A stretch of DNA of 64,000 nucleotides from positions 63,446 to 127,445 of the forward strand of contig DASQIK010000027.1 of assembly GCA_035631615.1 (NCBI GenBank), written 5' to 3'. Below are positions 26,686 through 35,776 of this stretch, piece after piece. This DNA comes from Candidatus Dormiibacterota bacterium (GTDB lineage Bacteria; Chloroflexota; Limnocylindria; Limnocylindrales; CSP1-4). Each line of letters starts with the position of its first letter. The first letter of the stretch is position 1. The notes beneath the pieces are model-generated. The model searched no databases. It had not been told where the DNA came from and saw only the letters and a program-made list of their open reading frames with translations. Both the position numbers and the translations under genes were made by a program.

Positions 26686-27670
26686 GGCTCACCTTGTGAG
26701 CACAGCAGCTGCGATCCCCAGCAGCGTTTCGGTCGTCGTCTGCACCCACACCGTCGCGCGACGGCAGATCCTCGGGCACCTCATCGACTCGATCGCGGCC
26801 GGGACTGTCAAGCCCGTCGAAGTGGTGGTGGTCGTCGACCGCAATCGACCGCTCTTCGAGGCCCTGACCGCAGCGACCTGGCCGCTGTCGCTCCGTGTGA
26901 TCGAGAGCCGCGGGAGCGGTCTCTCGGCCGCCCGGAACGCCGGCTGGCAGACGGTGACCTCGCCACTCGTGGCGTTCATCGATGACGACGCGGTCGCGAC
27001 GCCCGGCTGGCTCGCGGAGCTGACCAACGCCGCGGATCGCCATGGTGCTGACGTCGTCGGTGGCGCCATCGAACCGCTGTGGAACGGCGACGCGCCGGGC
27101 TGGTACAGCCGATACCTCGGCTGGGTGGTCGGGTGCAGCTACGAGGGACTGCCCCGCGAGGCAGCACGCGTACGCAACGTGATCGGCTGCAACATGCTCT
27201 TCCGGCGCGAGCTCCTCGATCGGCTCGAAGGGTTCGACACCACCCTCGGCCGAACCAACAACGGACTCGCTGGTTGCGAGGAGACCGAGCTGTGCATCCG
27301 CGCGAATCGCGCCGGAGCCGCCGTGGTGCTGATCCCCGGGGCGCAGGTCTCGCAGGTCCTGCCGGCGGACCGCCGGCGCTTCCGTTACGCGGTGCGGCGC
27401 GGCTGGGACGAAGGCCGGTCGAAGCGGATGCTCGTTGCCATGCATGGACGGGTACTCGCCACCGAATCGAGCTATGCGCGAGCGCTCCTCCGCCAGGCCC
27501 TCGTCTGGGTCGGCACGGGAATCGTCGGGCGCCATGCATCGGACATCCGGCGCGCGGCCGCCCTGATCGCAGTGCTCACCAGCACGACGGCCTCATACCT
27601 CCTTCACGGGCTGCGCCGACCGACCCCGCGCGTCGTCGCACGGCCGCCCGTCACCGCGATCAACGGGTAA
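26678..27670 (+). CDS. glycosyltransferase family 2
   Basis: 'VSVVVCTHTVARRQ...VVVVVDRNRP...AFIDDDAVATPGWL' (GT2 DDD). Overlaps the upstream GT2 by 8 nt. Confidence 0.7.
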   Translation: MPEAHLVSTAAAIPSSVSVVVCTHTVARRQILGHLIDSIAAGTVKPVEVVVVVDRNRPLFEALTAATWPLSLRVIESRGSGLSAARNAGWQTVTSPLVAFIDDDAVATPGWLAELTNAADRHGADVVGGAIEPLWNGDAPGWYSRYLGWVVGCSYEGLPREAARVRNVIGCNMLFRRELLDRLEGFDTTLGRTNNGLAGCEETELCIRANRAGAAVVLIPGAQVSQVLPADRRRFRYAVRRGWDEGRSKRMLVAMHGRVLATESSYARALLRQALVWVGTGIVGRHASDIRRAAALIAVLTSTTASYLLHGLRRPTPRVVARPPVTAING

Positions 27671-28565
27671 CGCGAACCCAGTCGACCTGCAAGGTCGCGA
27701 CGGCTGGTGTCGTCGCGTCGGTAGCGCCGCAGAACCTGCCGCCAACCGCCTGGTCGAGGACGATCGCCATCTTCATGTCTGGCACATCCCCGTTGTTCGC
27801 GACGGTGAACGTGCTGGTCGCCAGGCCGTCGAAGTAGAACGTGACGTGGTCGGGGCGCCATTCAACCGAATAGACATGCCACGCTCCGGCCAGGTTGTCC
27901 GTGCGATACCCGATTGCGTAGCTCCGTGAACCGTCGGCCCTGTGGACGTAGTGGTGCAACAGGGTGATGTCGTTGCCGTTGTACATGCCTGCGTCGTTCG
28001 CGCAGACTTCCATCGCGTCGATCTCGGCCTGCTGGTGCAGGGCGTTCTGAGGCTGGGCGAGCCAGAACGCCGGCCACAGGCCGTTCCCCGCCTGGATCTT
28101 GATGCGCGCCGAGAAGACCCCGTATCGCTGCGTGAACGTCCCGACGGTATCGATGAGGCCGCCGATGTACCTGGAACCGGACCGGCGCGCCCTGATCGTG
28201 AGCAGGCCGTTTCCCAGAGAGATCTGCGACCGCGAAAAGGTCGTGGTGCCGAACCCGTCCCAGTGACGACCCCACACGGCCCCGAGGGTCTTGCCGTTGA
28301 ACTCGTCCCGAAAGGTGTAGACGGGCGGTGTCGGGATCGGGCTCGGCGCAATGGGGAGCGACGGCGGCGGATCGAACGTCGCCGCGGGCAGGCTCGATCT
28401 CGGCGACGGCACGACGCTCGTGACTGTCGTCGGGGATGGGACATAGCTCGCGAGGCAGGACGACGCGGCGCTGCTGGTGCACGGGCCGGGCCCGGTCTCG
28501 TTCAGGAGCACGACGACGAGCAGCACGGCCACGGCGAGTCCCGCCGCGATCAATCGGGTCTTCAT
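27660..28565 (-). CDS. secreted glycoside hydrolase family 16 (beta-glucanase/laminarinase-like)
   Basis: Start at internal Met 'MKTRLIAAGLAVAVLLVVVLL' (signal/TM). 'NGLWPAFWLAQPQNALHQQAEIDAMEV' gives the canonical GH16 GxWPAxW and ExDxxE motifs. The ORF-finder N-terminal extension was rejected. Confidence 0.75.
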   Translation of the reverse strand: MKTRLIAAGLAVAVLLVVVLLNETGPGPCTSSAASSCLASYVPSPTTVTSVVPSPRSSLPAATFDPPPSLPIAPSPIPTPPVYTFRDEFNGKTLGAVWGRHWDGFGTTTFSRSQISLGNGLLTIRARRSGSRYIGGLIDTVGTFTQRYGVFSARIKIQAGNGLWPAFWLAQPQNALHQQAEIDAMEVCANDAGMYNGNDITLLHHYVHRADGSRSYAIGYRTDNLAGAWHVYSVEWRPDHVTFYFDGLATSTFTVANNGDVPDMKMAIVLDQAVGGRFCGATDATTPAVATLQVDWVRVTR

Positions 28566-29004
28566 CGGCCTTTCGTGTGCTCGCTCAGGCGTTCCCCCGG
28601 CGGCCTGCAATCCTACTGGACGTGCGCATCGCCATCGGGCGAACGCGCAACGATGTGGCGCGTCCGCGCACTCTTGGGCTTCGGCAAGCTCAGCCTCGGG
28701 TCGTCGCGCCGCGGCCGTCGATCTCTCAACCAGGGCTTCTGCAAGCGTCGTTGCCGTCTCCGGAGACCCTGCGCCGCGACCCTGTGGGTCCGCCGGCGCA
28801 TGGATGGCCACCAGGCTGCACCTGCCATGAAGACAGGACCCGTAGGGTCCCCCGGAGTCTGGTGCGGTCTGCGATAGGCCGTTCTCTCCGCGGCAGAGGA
28901 CCATCGACCGGTACGTCGCGGAGATGAAGTCTCCTAGGGTCACGAAGGGACCTGGGGGCGCCCTCCGACGATGCGCGGCCAGCCAGCCTGGGCCCCCAAC
29001 TGGA

Positions 29005-29085
29005 CCGAAACGGCAAACCCGGGGCGACCCGGGGACGCAACGCCACGGGACTCCGCCGAGCGGAGCCAGCCGGGCTGCCGAAGGA
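29005..29085 (+). ncRNA. candidate c-di-GMP-I (GEMM) riboswitch, second copy
   Basis: 'CCGAAACGGCAAACCCGGGGCGACCCGGGGACGCAACGCCACGGGACUCCGCCGAGCGGAGCCAGCCGGGCUGCCGAAGGAG' has a perfect P1 hairpin CCCGGG-GCGA-CCCGGG. 'GGCAAACC', 'GGGACGCAACGCC' and 'AGCCGGGCUGCCGA' match GEMM-I conserved blocks. The RBS AGGAG is embedded in its 3' end. Confidence 0.6.
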
Positions 29086-29093
29086 GTGTTGAC

Positions 29094-30428
29094 GTGTCCT
29101 TTTGGGATGGGACTCGGTGGATCGAAGAGTCGAAGCCGACACGCACTCAGCCTGCCCCGCAGCCCTCGCGTCGAGGAACGACCGCGCGCCTCGGCGACCT
29201 GATCGCCACGACAGGCATGGTCGTCCTGCTGGGCGCGACCTTCATGCCCTTTGCAGCGGCCCAAGCGAGCGCGGCAAGCCTCTCGATCGCTCCGGCGAGC
29301 GGCCCGGCGGGTGCCACCGTCCAGGTCGTCGGCGCGGGCTTTGTCGCAGGAGCTCGTGCACAGCTGACGTGGGATGGCACCGCATCCGGGATGCCGGCGG
29401 TCAAGATCGGTGCAGCCGGCGACTTCCGGATCACGATCACGGTTCCTGCCGCACCGAGCGGTTCACACCACGTCGGTGCGGTGGACTCCGGGCTCCTGCC
29501 AAAGGGCCGTGCGAAGACGACGCAGCAGGTGACCCTCCTCGCAGTGGCGACGTTCGTCGAGGTCGGTGTCGGTCCCGCTCCGACTCCAACCAATCCGGCC
29601 CCTGCGCCGACCCCTCGGTCGACGGCGACGCCGCAATCGACGCCCAACCCAACCCCGACGCAGGCACCGACACCGCCGCCCGCCCCCACTGCGACGGCCG
29701 CCCCGACGGCGGCGCCGGGCACGGGTATCCCCGCGATGCCCCAGGCCGACCTGCTCCAGAAGGACTTCGCGGACGGCTCCCTGTGGCCGTTCAGAGTGAT
29801 CGACTACCCCAACAGCCATCCCGCCGACGCAATGAGCTATGCCTGTGACTACGGCCGGGACAGCAGCGTCGCGTCAGTCCACGACGGCTATCTCCAGCTG
29901 ACCGCCTACCCGCGTTCCGACGGGCGCTGGAACTGTGGCTTCGTGTCGACCGGCATGGACGGCAATGGCAATGGCGCATCGTTCAGCATGACCCACGGCT
30001 ACGTGCAGTTCGCGGCCCGGCTCAATGTCGGCTACGCCACCTGGCAGGCGCCGTTGTGGCTGCTCAACACCGTCACCGGGTGGAATTCCGCCGAAGTCGA
30101 CGTGGCCGAGGTGATGGCTGGAAGGCTGACATGCAACCTGCATGGGGTGGGCGACCTCCAGATCGCCTCGGTGGCGCCCTCGGCCGATCTCGCGACGACC
30201 TGGCACGTGTTCGGTGTCGCCAAGACCAGCGACCACATCACGTTCGTCATGGACGGCAAGATCCTTGGCCGGTGGAATGGTTCGATGCCGGACCCGCTGG
30301 CGCTCCTGGCGGACAGCAAGGTTGGCTACAAGTGGAACAGCGTGTATCCCGACGGCTCGACGCCGGACCCGACCTACGTGAAGATCGCCTGGGTGACCGT
30401 CGCCTCGAGCATCCCGAACGGCCTCTAG
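29094..30428 (+). CDS. secreted GH16-like protein with Pro/Thr-rich linker (paralog of 9241..10638)
   Basis: GTG start 7 nt after AGGAG. Signal 'LIATTGMVVLLGATFMPFAAAQASAASLS', a PT/PA-rich linker, and C-terminal 'WQAPLWLLNTVTGWNSAEVDVAEV'. The C-terminal domain is ~75% identical to the 9241 paralog. Confidence 0.7.
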   Translation: MSFWDGTRWIEESKPTRTQPAPQPSRRGTTARLGDLIATTGMVVLLGATFMPFAAAQASAASLSIAPASGPAGATVQVVGAGFVAGARAQLTWDGTASGMPAVKIGAAGDFRITITVPAAPSGSHHVGAVDSGLLPKGRAKTTQQVTLLAVATFVEVGVGPAPTPTNPAPAPTPRSTATPQSTPNPTPTQAPTPPPAPTATAAPTAAPGTGIPAMPQADLLQKDFADGSLWPFRVIDYPNSHPADAMSYACDYGRDSSVASVHDGYLQLTAYPRSDGRWNCGFVSTGMDGNGNGASFSMTHGYVQFAARLNVGYATWQAPLWLLNTVTGWNSAEVDVAEVMAGRLTCNLHGVGDLQIASVAPSADLATTWHVFGVAKTSDHITFVMDGKILGRWNGSMPDPLALLADSKVGYKWNSVYPDGSTPDPTYVKIAWVTVASSIPNGL

Positions 30429-30752
30429 CTCCGTCAGCGCGCCGTGACCCATCACGGCAGCGCGTGGAGTTGCGCCCAGACCGACCGAACGCCGGGTTCC
30501 GCCCGGCACGTTGCTGCGGCTGGACGAGCCAGCAGCCAGGATGTGCAGCGTTTGCGAGCGCGCCTACCCTGATTGGAGGCCGCTGATCGGGGCCTGTTCA
30601 ACAACGACGCCATCTGCTCCGGGGCCAGAGGTTCGTGACCCGAAGTTGATGTGATCGGGCTTTCGGATTCCCCGGCGGCGGCGCCCGACCGACGGGGCGC
30701 CAGCACCTACGCACGTCGACGGTTTCGACGACTGGATGAAGTGCAGGACCAG

Positions 30753-31283
30753 ATGTCACTCCTTGGTCACGTCGCGATCGGCGTTGCGACGGCGCGGCGG
30801 ATGACGCCGGCCGACCAGCCGCCGGACGTCCTCCCGGCGCGAATGGTGATCCTGTCGACCCTGGCGCTGTTGCCGGATGTCGACTTCCTGCTCCAGGCCC
30901 TCGCGCCGTCGGTTGAATTCCTCGACCATCGCGCTGCGACCCATTCCCTGGCCTTCGCGCTGTGGATCGGGGCGTTCGCGATGATCTTCCTCGTGGCGAC
31001 GGGCCGGCCGCGGCCGCTCGAATGGGGCCTGCTGACGACGGCGGTGGTCGCCAGTCACGGCCTGCTCGACTCGTTCGGGAACACCACGCTCGGCGTCGAG
31101 CTGTTCTGGCCGTTCTCGGATGCGCGCGTCCTCGCGCCGCTGCACGTGCTGCCCAATCCCAACTTCCAGGACCTGTTGACGAGTCGCGGTCTCGCGGACA
31201 TCGGGCTCGAGCTCCTGATCTTCCTTCCGTTCTGGATCTACGCCTTCCTTCCGCGACGGCGGTCGGTACGATCGGCGATGTGA
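30753..31283 (+). CDS. membrane-bound metal-dependent hydrolase (YdjM/DUF457-like)
   Basis: Starts 'MSLLGHVAIG', then 'DVDFLLQ...HRAATHSLAFALW...SHGLLDSFGN' (His-rich motifs of the YdjM family) with multiple TM segments. Confidence 0.5.
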   Translation: MSLLGHVAIGVATARRMTPADQPPDVLPARMVILSTLALLPDVDFLLQALAPSVEFLDHRAATHSLAFALWIGAFAMIFLVATGRPRPLEWGLLTTAVVASHGLLDSFGNTTLGVELFWPFSDARVLAPLHVLPNPNFQDLLTSRGLADIGLELLIFLPFWIYAFLPRRRSVRSAM

Positions 31284-31306
31284 AGCCCGTCGATGCAACG
31301 CCGCCC

Positions 31307-32878
31307 ATGACCGGCGCGATGGACCAATTCCCCGACCAGAATCCGAATCCCGTGCTGCGGATGCATGAGGACGGCACGCTGATCTACGCGAATCGCGCCG
31401 CGGCGCCGATCCTGCGTTCCTGGTCGACGAGCGTCGGCCAGCCGCTGGCCGAGTCGCTCGCGGCCCGGCTCCGCGCCGCCGCAGCCGAGGACCCGCCAGG
31501 GCGCGTCGAGGTCACCGAGGCCCGTCGGACCTTTGACGTCCTGGCCATCGCGCTGCCGGAGCTGGCTGCCTACAACCTGTACGGCACGGACATCACCGCG
31601 GCGAAGGTCGTCGAGCGCTTCCCGGATCGCAATCCGAACCCGGTGCTGCGGATGACGCCCGGCGGCGACCTCTGGTACGCGAACGAGGCGAGCCGGCCGA
31701 TCATCCGGGCCCTCGAGGTCCGCGTCGGGGATCCCCTGCCGCCGCGCCTGCTCGAGCAGCTCCGGGCCGCACTCCGGGACCCCTCGGCGCGGCCGCCCGA
31801 GGTCGCCGGCGAAGGCGGCCTCACCTTCCGGCTGAAGCCGGTCGAGATCCCCGAGTTCGAGTTCGTGAACCTGTACGGGACGGACATCACCGCGGAGCGC
31901 GCCATCGACCGGTTCCCGAACCAGAACCCGAACCCGGTGCTCCGCCTCTCGCGCCGGGGCCGGATGACCTACGCGAATCCCGCCAGCGCGCTCGTACGGC
32001 GCGCGCTCGAGGCCGAGGTCGGCGACGAGCTCCACCCGGCCCTGTTCGCTCGCCTCCTTGCGGCCTCCGAGCACCGGGCCGACCCGACGCTCGAGCTGGA
32101 GGCGGACGGCACGATCTATCGCATCCGCGTCGTCGCCGTCGCCGAGTTCGACTCGATCAACCTGTACGGCACCGACATCACCGCGGCGCGCGAGGTCGAG
32201 GAGCTCGGCGCGGCGAACGAGGCCCTGCTCCTGAACATCCTGCCGGCCTCGATCGCGGCCCGCCTCAGGGCGGGCGAAACCGTGATCGCCGACCGATTCG
32301 ACGACATGGCCGTCCTGTTCGCGGACGTCGTCGGGTTCACGGCGCTGTCATCGCGCCTCGAGCCGACCGACGTGGTCAGCCTGCTCAACGAGGTCTTCTC
32401 GACCTGCGACGAGCTGGCGGACGAGTACGGGCTGGAGAAGATCAAGACGGTCGGTGACGCGTACATGGTGGTCGGCGGGCTCCACCACGACGCGGGCGAC
32501 GGCAACGGCGATGGGAATGGCGGCGAGCACCGGCAGGCGACCCACGCCGAGGATGTCGCCGACATGGGTTTGGCCATGCTCGGCGAGCTGGCGCGGATTC
32601 GGAGCACGTCCGGGATCGGGCTCGAGGTTCGGGTCGGGATGCACGTGGGACCCGCCGTTGCGGGCGTGATCGGCCGCAGGAAGTTCATCTACGACGTGTG
32701 GGGCGACACGGTGAACACCGCGAGCCGAATGGAGTCCTCCGGCGTGCCCGGGCGCCTCCAGGTGACCCGCGAGACCCACGACCGGCTGGTCGGGTCGTTC
32801 GTCACGGAGTCGCGCGGCGTCATCGAGGTCAAGGGCAAGGGCGCGATCGAGACCTGGTTCGTCGTGCGCCGACGGTGA
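31307..32878 (+). CDS. class III adenylate/guanylate cyclase with three tandem N-terminal PAS-like repeats
   Basis: Three ~100-aa repeats each start 'FPDxNPNPVLR' and end 'NLYGTDITA'. The C-terminal cyclase domain shows 'VLFADVVGFTALS...KIKTVGDAYMVVGG...GPAVAGVIGRRKFIYDVWGDTVNTASRMES'. An alternative GTG start at 31280 overlaps the upstream stop. Confidence 0.75.
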   Translation: MTGAMDQFPDQNPNPVLRMHEDGTLIYANRAAAPILRSWSTSVGQPLAESLAARLRAAAAEDPPGRVEVTEARRTFDVLAIALPELAAYNLYGTDITAAKVVERFPDRNPNPVLRMTPGGDLWYANEASRPIIRALEVRVGDPLPPRLLEQLRAALRDPSARPPEVAGEGGLTFRLKPVEIPEFEFVNLYGTDITAERAIDRFPNQNPNPVLRLSRRGRMTYANPASALVRRALEAEVGDELHPALFARLLAASEHRADPTLELEADGTIYRIRVVAVAEFDSINLYGTDITAAREVEELGAANEALLLNILPASIAARLRAGETVIADRFDDMAVLFADVVGFTALSSRLEPTDVVSLLNEVFSTCDELADEYGLEKIKTVGDAYMVVGGLHHDAGDGNGDGNGGEHRQATHAEDVADMGLAMLGELARIRSTSGIGLEVRVGMHVGPAVAGVIGRRKFIYDVWGDTVNTASRMESSGVPGRLQVTRETHDRLVGSFVTESRGVIEVKGKGAIETWFVVRRR

Positions 32879-32984
32879 TCCGCGCTGCAGACGATGGTGA
32901 TGCCGCATCGACCGGTGCGCCGCCCGGGCGGGACCGGATCACCGCGAGGCGTCCTCGTTCGGGCGGCTATGCCACCATCGCCCT

Positions 32985-33509
32985 ATGTGGCAGCTCACGC
33001 TCTCGCCCCTCGAGCTCGTCGCTCGAAGCGCCATCGTGTACCTGCTGTTCCTCGCCGCGCTGCGCCTCTCGGGCAAGCGGGAGCTGGGCCAGTTCACCAT
33101 CTTCGACCTGGCGCTCGTCCTGCTCGCCTCGAACGCGCTGCAGCCGGCGATCACCGGTCCGGACGCCTCGATCCCGGGCGCGCTCATCATCATCGCGACC
33201 CTCTTCGTGCTCAACCACCTGACAGCGTTCGCGCGGAGGCGCTGGGCGTTCGCCCGTCGGATCCTCGACTACTCGCCGACCGTCGTGGCACGGAACGGTC
33301 GATGGATCAAGGCCGCCATCGATCACGACGACCTGGACATGGACGACCTCGAAGCGGCCATCCGTGAATACGGGCTCGAGTCGGTCGACGAGGTCAAGGT
33401 CGCGACCCTCGAGCACGACGGATCGATCAGCGTCGTGCCTGCGAGTGGCCCGAACCTGCACATGCGCCACCGCCGTCGCTACCGACGCCGGTCGAACATC
33501 TCGAACTGA
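32985..33509 (+). CDS. DUF421 domain membrane protein (YetF-like)
   Basis: N-terminal TM segments 'AIVYLLFLAALRLSGKRELGQFTIFDLALVLLASNAL' and a C-terminal 'DLDMDDLEAAIREYGLESVDEVKVATLEHDGSISVV' domain. Confidence 0.55.
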   Translation: MWQLTLSPLELVARSAIVYLLFLAALRLSGKRELGQFTIFDLALVLLASNALQPAITGPDASIPGALIIIATLFVLNHLTAFARRRWAFARRILDYSPTVVARNGRWIKAAIDHDDLDMDDLEAAIREYGLESVDEVKVATLEHDGSISVVPASGPNLHMRHRRRYRRRSNISN

Positions 33510-33511
33510 GC

Positions 33512-34000
33512 GTGAGCCACGCCCCGCAGTCGTGCGGGATCCTGCTCTACCGGCACGTGGGCGACCAGCTCGAGGTGCTGCTCGCCCATCCGGGCGGCCC
33601 GTACTGGAAGCAGCAGGACTACGGCAGCTGGAGCGTCCCGAAGGGGATCGCCGAGGACGGCGAGGCCGTCGAGGCGGTGGCGGCGCGCGAGTTCGCCGAG
33701 GAGACGGGCTTTGACCTCGCGGCGGTGACACGCGAACCCGGCGAGCCGCACCTGGACCTCGGCGAGGTCACGCTCAAGAGCGGCAAGGTCATTCGCGCGT
33801 GGGCGGTCGAGGGCGACCTGGATCCGACCGGCTCCCGGTCGAACGAGATCGAGATCGAGTGGCCGCCGCGGACCGGCCGTCGCCTGGTCATCCCGGAGGT
33901 CGATCGGGTGGCGTGGTTCGGGGTCGAGGAGGCCCGCCGGCGCGCCCATCCGGCCCAGGCCGCGTTCGTGGCGCGCCTCGTGTCCCGGCTGGGCAAGTGA
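33512..34000 (+). CDS. NUDIX hydrolase
   Basis: Nudix box 'GIAEDGEAVEAVAAREFAEETGF' (GX5EX7REUXEEXGU). GTG start. Confidence 0.7.
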   Translation: MSHAPQSCGILLYRHVGDQLEVLLAHPGGPYWKQQDYGSWSVPKGIAEDGEAVEAVAAREFAEETGFDLAAVTREPGEPHLDLGEVTLKSGKVIRAWAVEGDLDPTGSRSNEIEIEWPPRTGRRLVIPEVDRVAWFGVEEARRRAHPAQAAFVARLVSRLGK

Positions 34001-35346
34001 GCGAGATTCGGCACGTATCCGCGGCGGCTGCCCGCCGCTTCCTGGCGCTGCGGCACCTGCTCGCGCCGCCGCGCCAGCTCCCCGCCGAGCCGGAGAGCGT
34101 GCTTCGGGTGATCGACCGGATCGGGAGCCTCCAGTTCGACCCGCTCGAGATCGCCGGTCGCAACCACGACCTCGTCCTGCTCGCCCGCATCGCCGGCTAC
34201 CGGCGGGTCTGGACCGACCGCTGGCTGTACGAGGACCGGCGCCTGTACGAGACCTACAACAAGGGGCTCTCGATCGTGCCCGTCGCCGAGCTGCCGTGGT
34301 ACCGGCACACGTGGGACAGCAGCCACGCCCAGCTGTCCGGCGAGGGCGAGGCGTTCGACGTCCACGGCCCCCTCGTCGAGGAGCTCCTCGGCCGGATCCG
34401 GGACGGCGGCCGCCTGCTGCCGCGCGAGGTCGGCCCACGCGAGGCGATCGACTGGTACTGGCGCCCGACGAACCAGGTGCGGGCCATCCTCGAGGGCCTC
34501 GCCGAGGCGGGGATCCTGGGGATCGCGCGGCGCGAGGGTAACCTCCGGGTCTACGACCTGATCGAGCGGCTCGTGCCCGCCGCCGTGCTCGGGGCGCGCG
34601 TGCCCGAGGAGGAACAGCGGCTGCACCGCCTCCTGTCCAGGTATCGCGCCGGCGGCCTCCTCGGCACCGCCGGCCAGCAGGAGCTGTGGATCGGGACGTA
34701 CCGGCACGCGTCCGAGCGCTCGGACGGGCGCCAGGCGCTCGTGGAGCGCGGCGAGCTCGTCCCGGTGGCGGTCGAGGGCGTCAAGGGCGATCGGTTCGTG
34801 GTCAAGGCGGACCTGTCGATCCTCGCCACCGCGGAGAGCGAGGTCGACGTCGGCGCCGCACCGGGCGGGTTCGCGCCCGGGGTCGCGTTCCTGGCGCCGC
34901 TCGATCCGTTCTGCTGGGACCGCGACCTGTTGCGACGCCTGTTCGGCTTCGACTACCTGTGGGAGGTGTACGTCCCTGCGGCGAAGCGGCGCTGGGGCTA
35001 CTACGTCCTGCCGATCCTGTTCGGCGATCGGCTCGTCGGCCGGATCGAGCCGCGCATCGAGCGCCGCGCCGGCACGCTCCGGATCGCGGGGCTGTGGTGG
35101 GAGCCAGGCTTCGATCCGTTGGACGAGGACGGTTTCGTGGCCGCCTTCGCCGACGCGCTCCGTGCCCATCGCGAGTTCGGCGATCTGCGGCGGATCACGT
35201 TTCCGCGCGTGACGCGTCATCGCCCGATCGTGACCGCCGTGCGAGGCGCGCTCGCAGTTCGCGACCGCGGCCCGCGCGAGGCGCGTGTGGGACGATGTAG
35301 GCCCAGGCGAACGTCCAAGGAGGCACTCGATGGCCGAGGTCCGTAA
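33997..35346 (+). CDS. winged-helix DNA-binding domain protein (YcaQ/AlkZ-like, HTH_42 family candidate)
   Basis: GTG start overlaps the NUDIX stop (GTGA). ~449 aa soluble protein; family assignment is by overall resemblance only. Confidence 0.4.
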   Translation: MSEIRHVSAAAARRFLALRHLLAPPRQLPAEPESVLRVIDRIGSLQFDPLEIAGRNHDLVLLARIAGYRRVWTDRWLYEDRRLYETYNKGLSIVPVAELPWYRHTWDSSHAQLSGEGEAFDVHGPLVEELLGRIRDGGRLLPREVGPREAIDWYWRPTNQVRAILEGLAEAGILGIARREGNLRVYDLIERLVPAAVLGARVPEEEQRLHRLLSRYRAGGLLGTAGQQELWIGTYRHASERSDGRQALVERGELVPVAVEGVKGDRFVVKADLSILATAESEVDVGAAPGGFAPGVAFLAPLDPFCWDRDLLRRLFGFDYLWEVYVPAAKRRWGYYVLPILFGDRLVGRIEPRIERRAGTLRIAGLWWEPGFDPLDEDGFVAAFADALRAHREFGDLRRITFPRVTRHRPIVTAVRGALAVRDRGPREARVGRCRPRRTSKEALDGRGP

Positions 35347-35773
35347 CGCGCAGGTCACGTGGACCGGCGACCTGCAGGCCGGCGGCGGCACGATCGACTA
35401 CGTCTCGAGCGGCGTGTTCAGCCGGATGCCGGTGTCCTGGGCGGCCCGGACCGGCCCGCACAACGGCAAGACCTCGCCGGAGGAGCTCCTGGCCGCCGCC
35501 CACGGCGCTTGCTTCTCGATGGCCTTCTCGGCCCGCCTGGCGAAGAACGGGACGCCGCCGACGAAGCTCACCGTCAAGGCTGAGGTGACCTTCGACAATG
35601 CCTCCGGTGGCTGGAAGGTCACGACCAGCCGGATCGCGGTTGTCGGCGACGTTCCCGGCATCGACCTCGAGACGTTCCGGGCGATCGCCGAGGACGCCAA
35701 GGAGAACTGCCCGATCTCGATCGCACTGAAGGGCAACGTCGAGCTGGTCGTGGACGCCAGCCTCGCCGGCTGA
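35330..35773 (+). CDS. OsmC/Ohr family peroxiredoxin-like protein
   Basis: RBS AGGAGG precedes ATG 'MAEVRNAQVTW'. 'EELLAAAHGACFSMAF' and 'ENCPIS' give the two conserved OsmC cysteines. Confidence 0.7.
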   Translation: MAEVRNAQVTWTGDLQAGGGTIDYVSSGVFSRMPVSWAARTGPHNGKTSPEELLAAAHGACFSMAFSARLAKNGTPPTKLTVKAEVTFDNASGGWKVTTSRIAVVGDVPGIDLETFRAIAEDAKENCPISIALKGNVELVVDASLAG

Positions 35774-35776
35774 CCG

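Noticed and set aside
28566-28970. Possible third GEMM-like leader upstream of the minus-strand GH16 (27660..28565)
   Set aside because: I reverse-complemented 28566..28900 and looked for the GCAAACC / GGGACGCAAAGCC / AGCCGGGUUGCCGA blocks. Only weak partial resemblance ('GGACGCGCC') was present, with no GNRA-capped P1, so I did not call it.
28566-29264. N-terminal 233-aa extension of the ORF-finder call 27660..29264
   Set aside because: The GH16 protein has an obvious signal-peptide Met at 28565 ('MKTRLIAAG'). The extension is Arg-rich, lacks an RBS, and would run through the divergent promoter and riboswitch region of the neighbouring gene.
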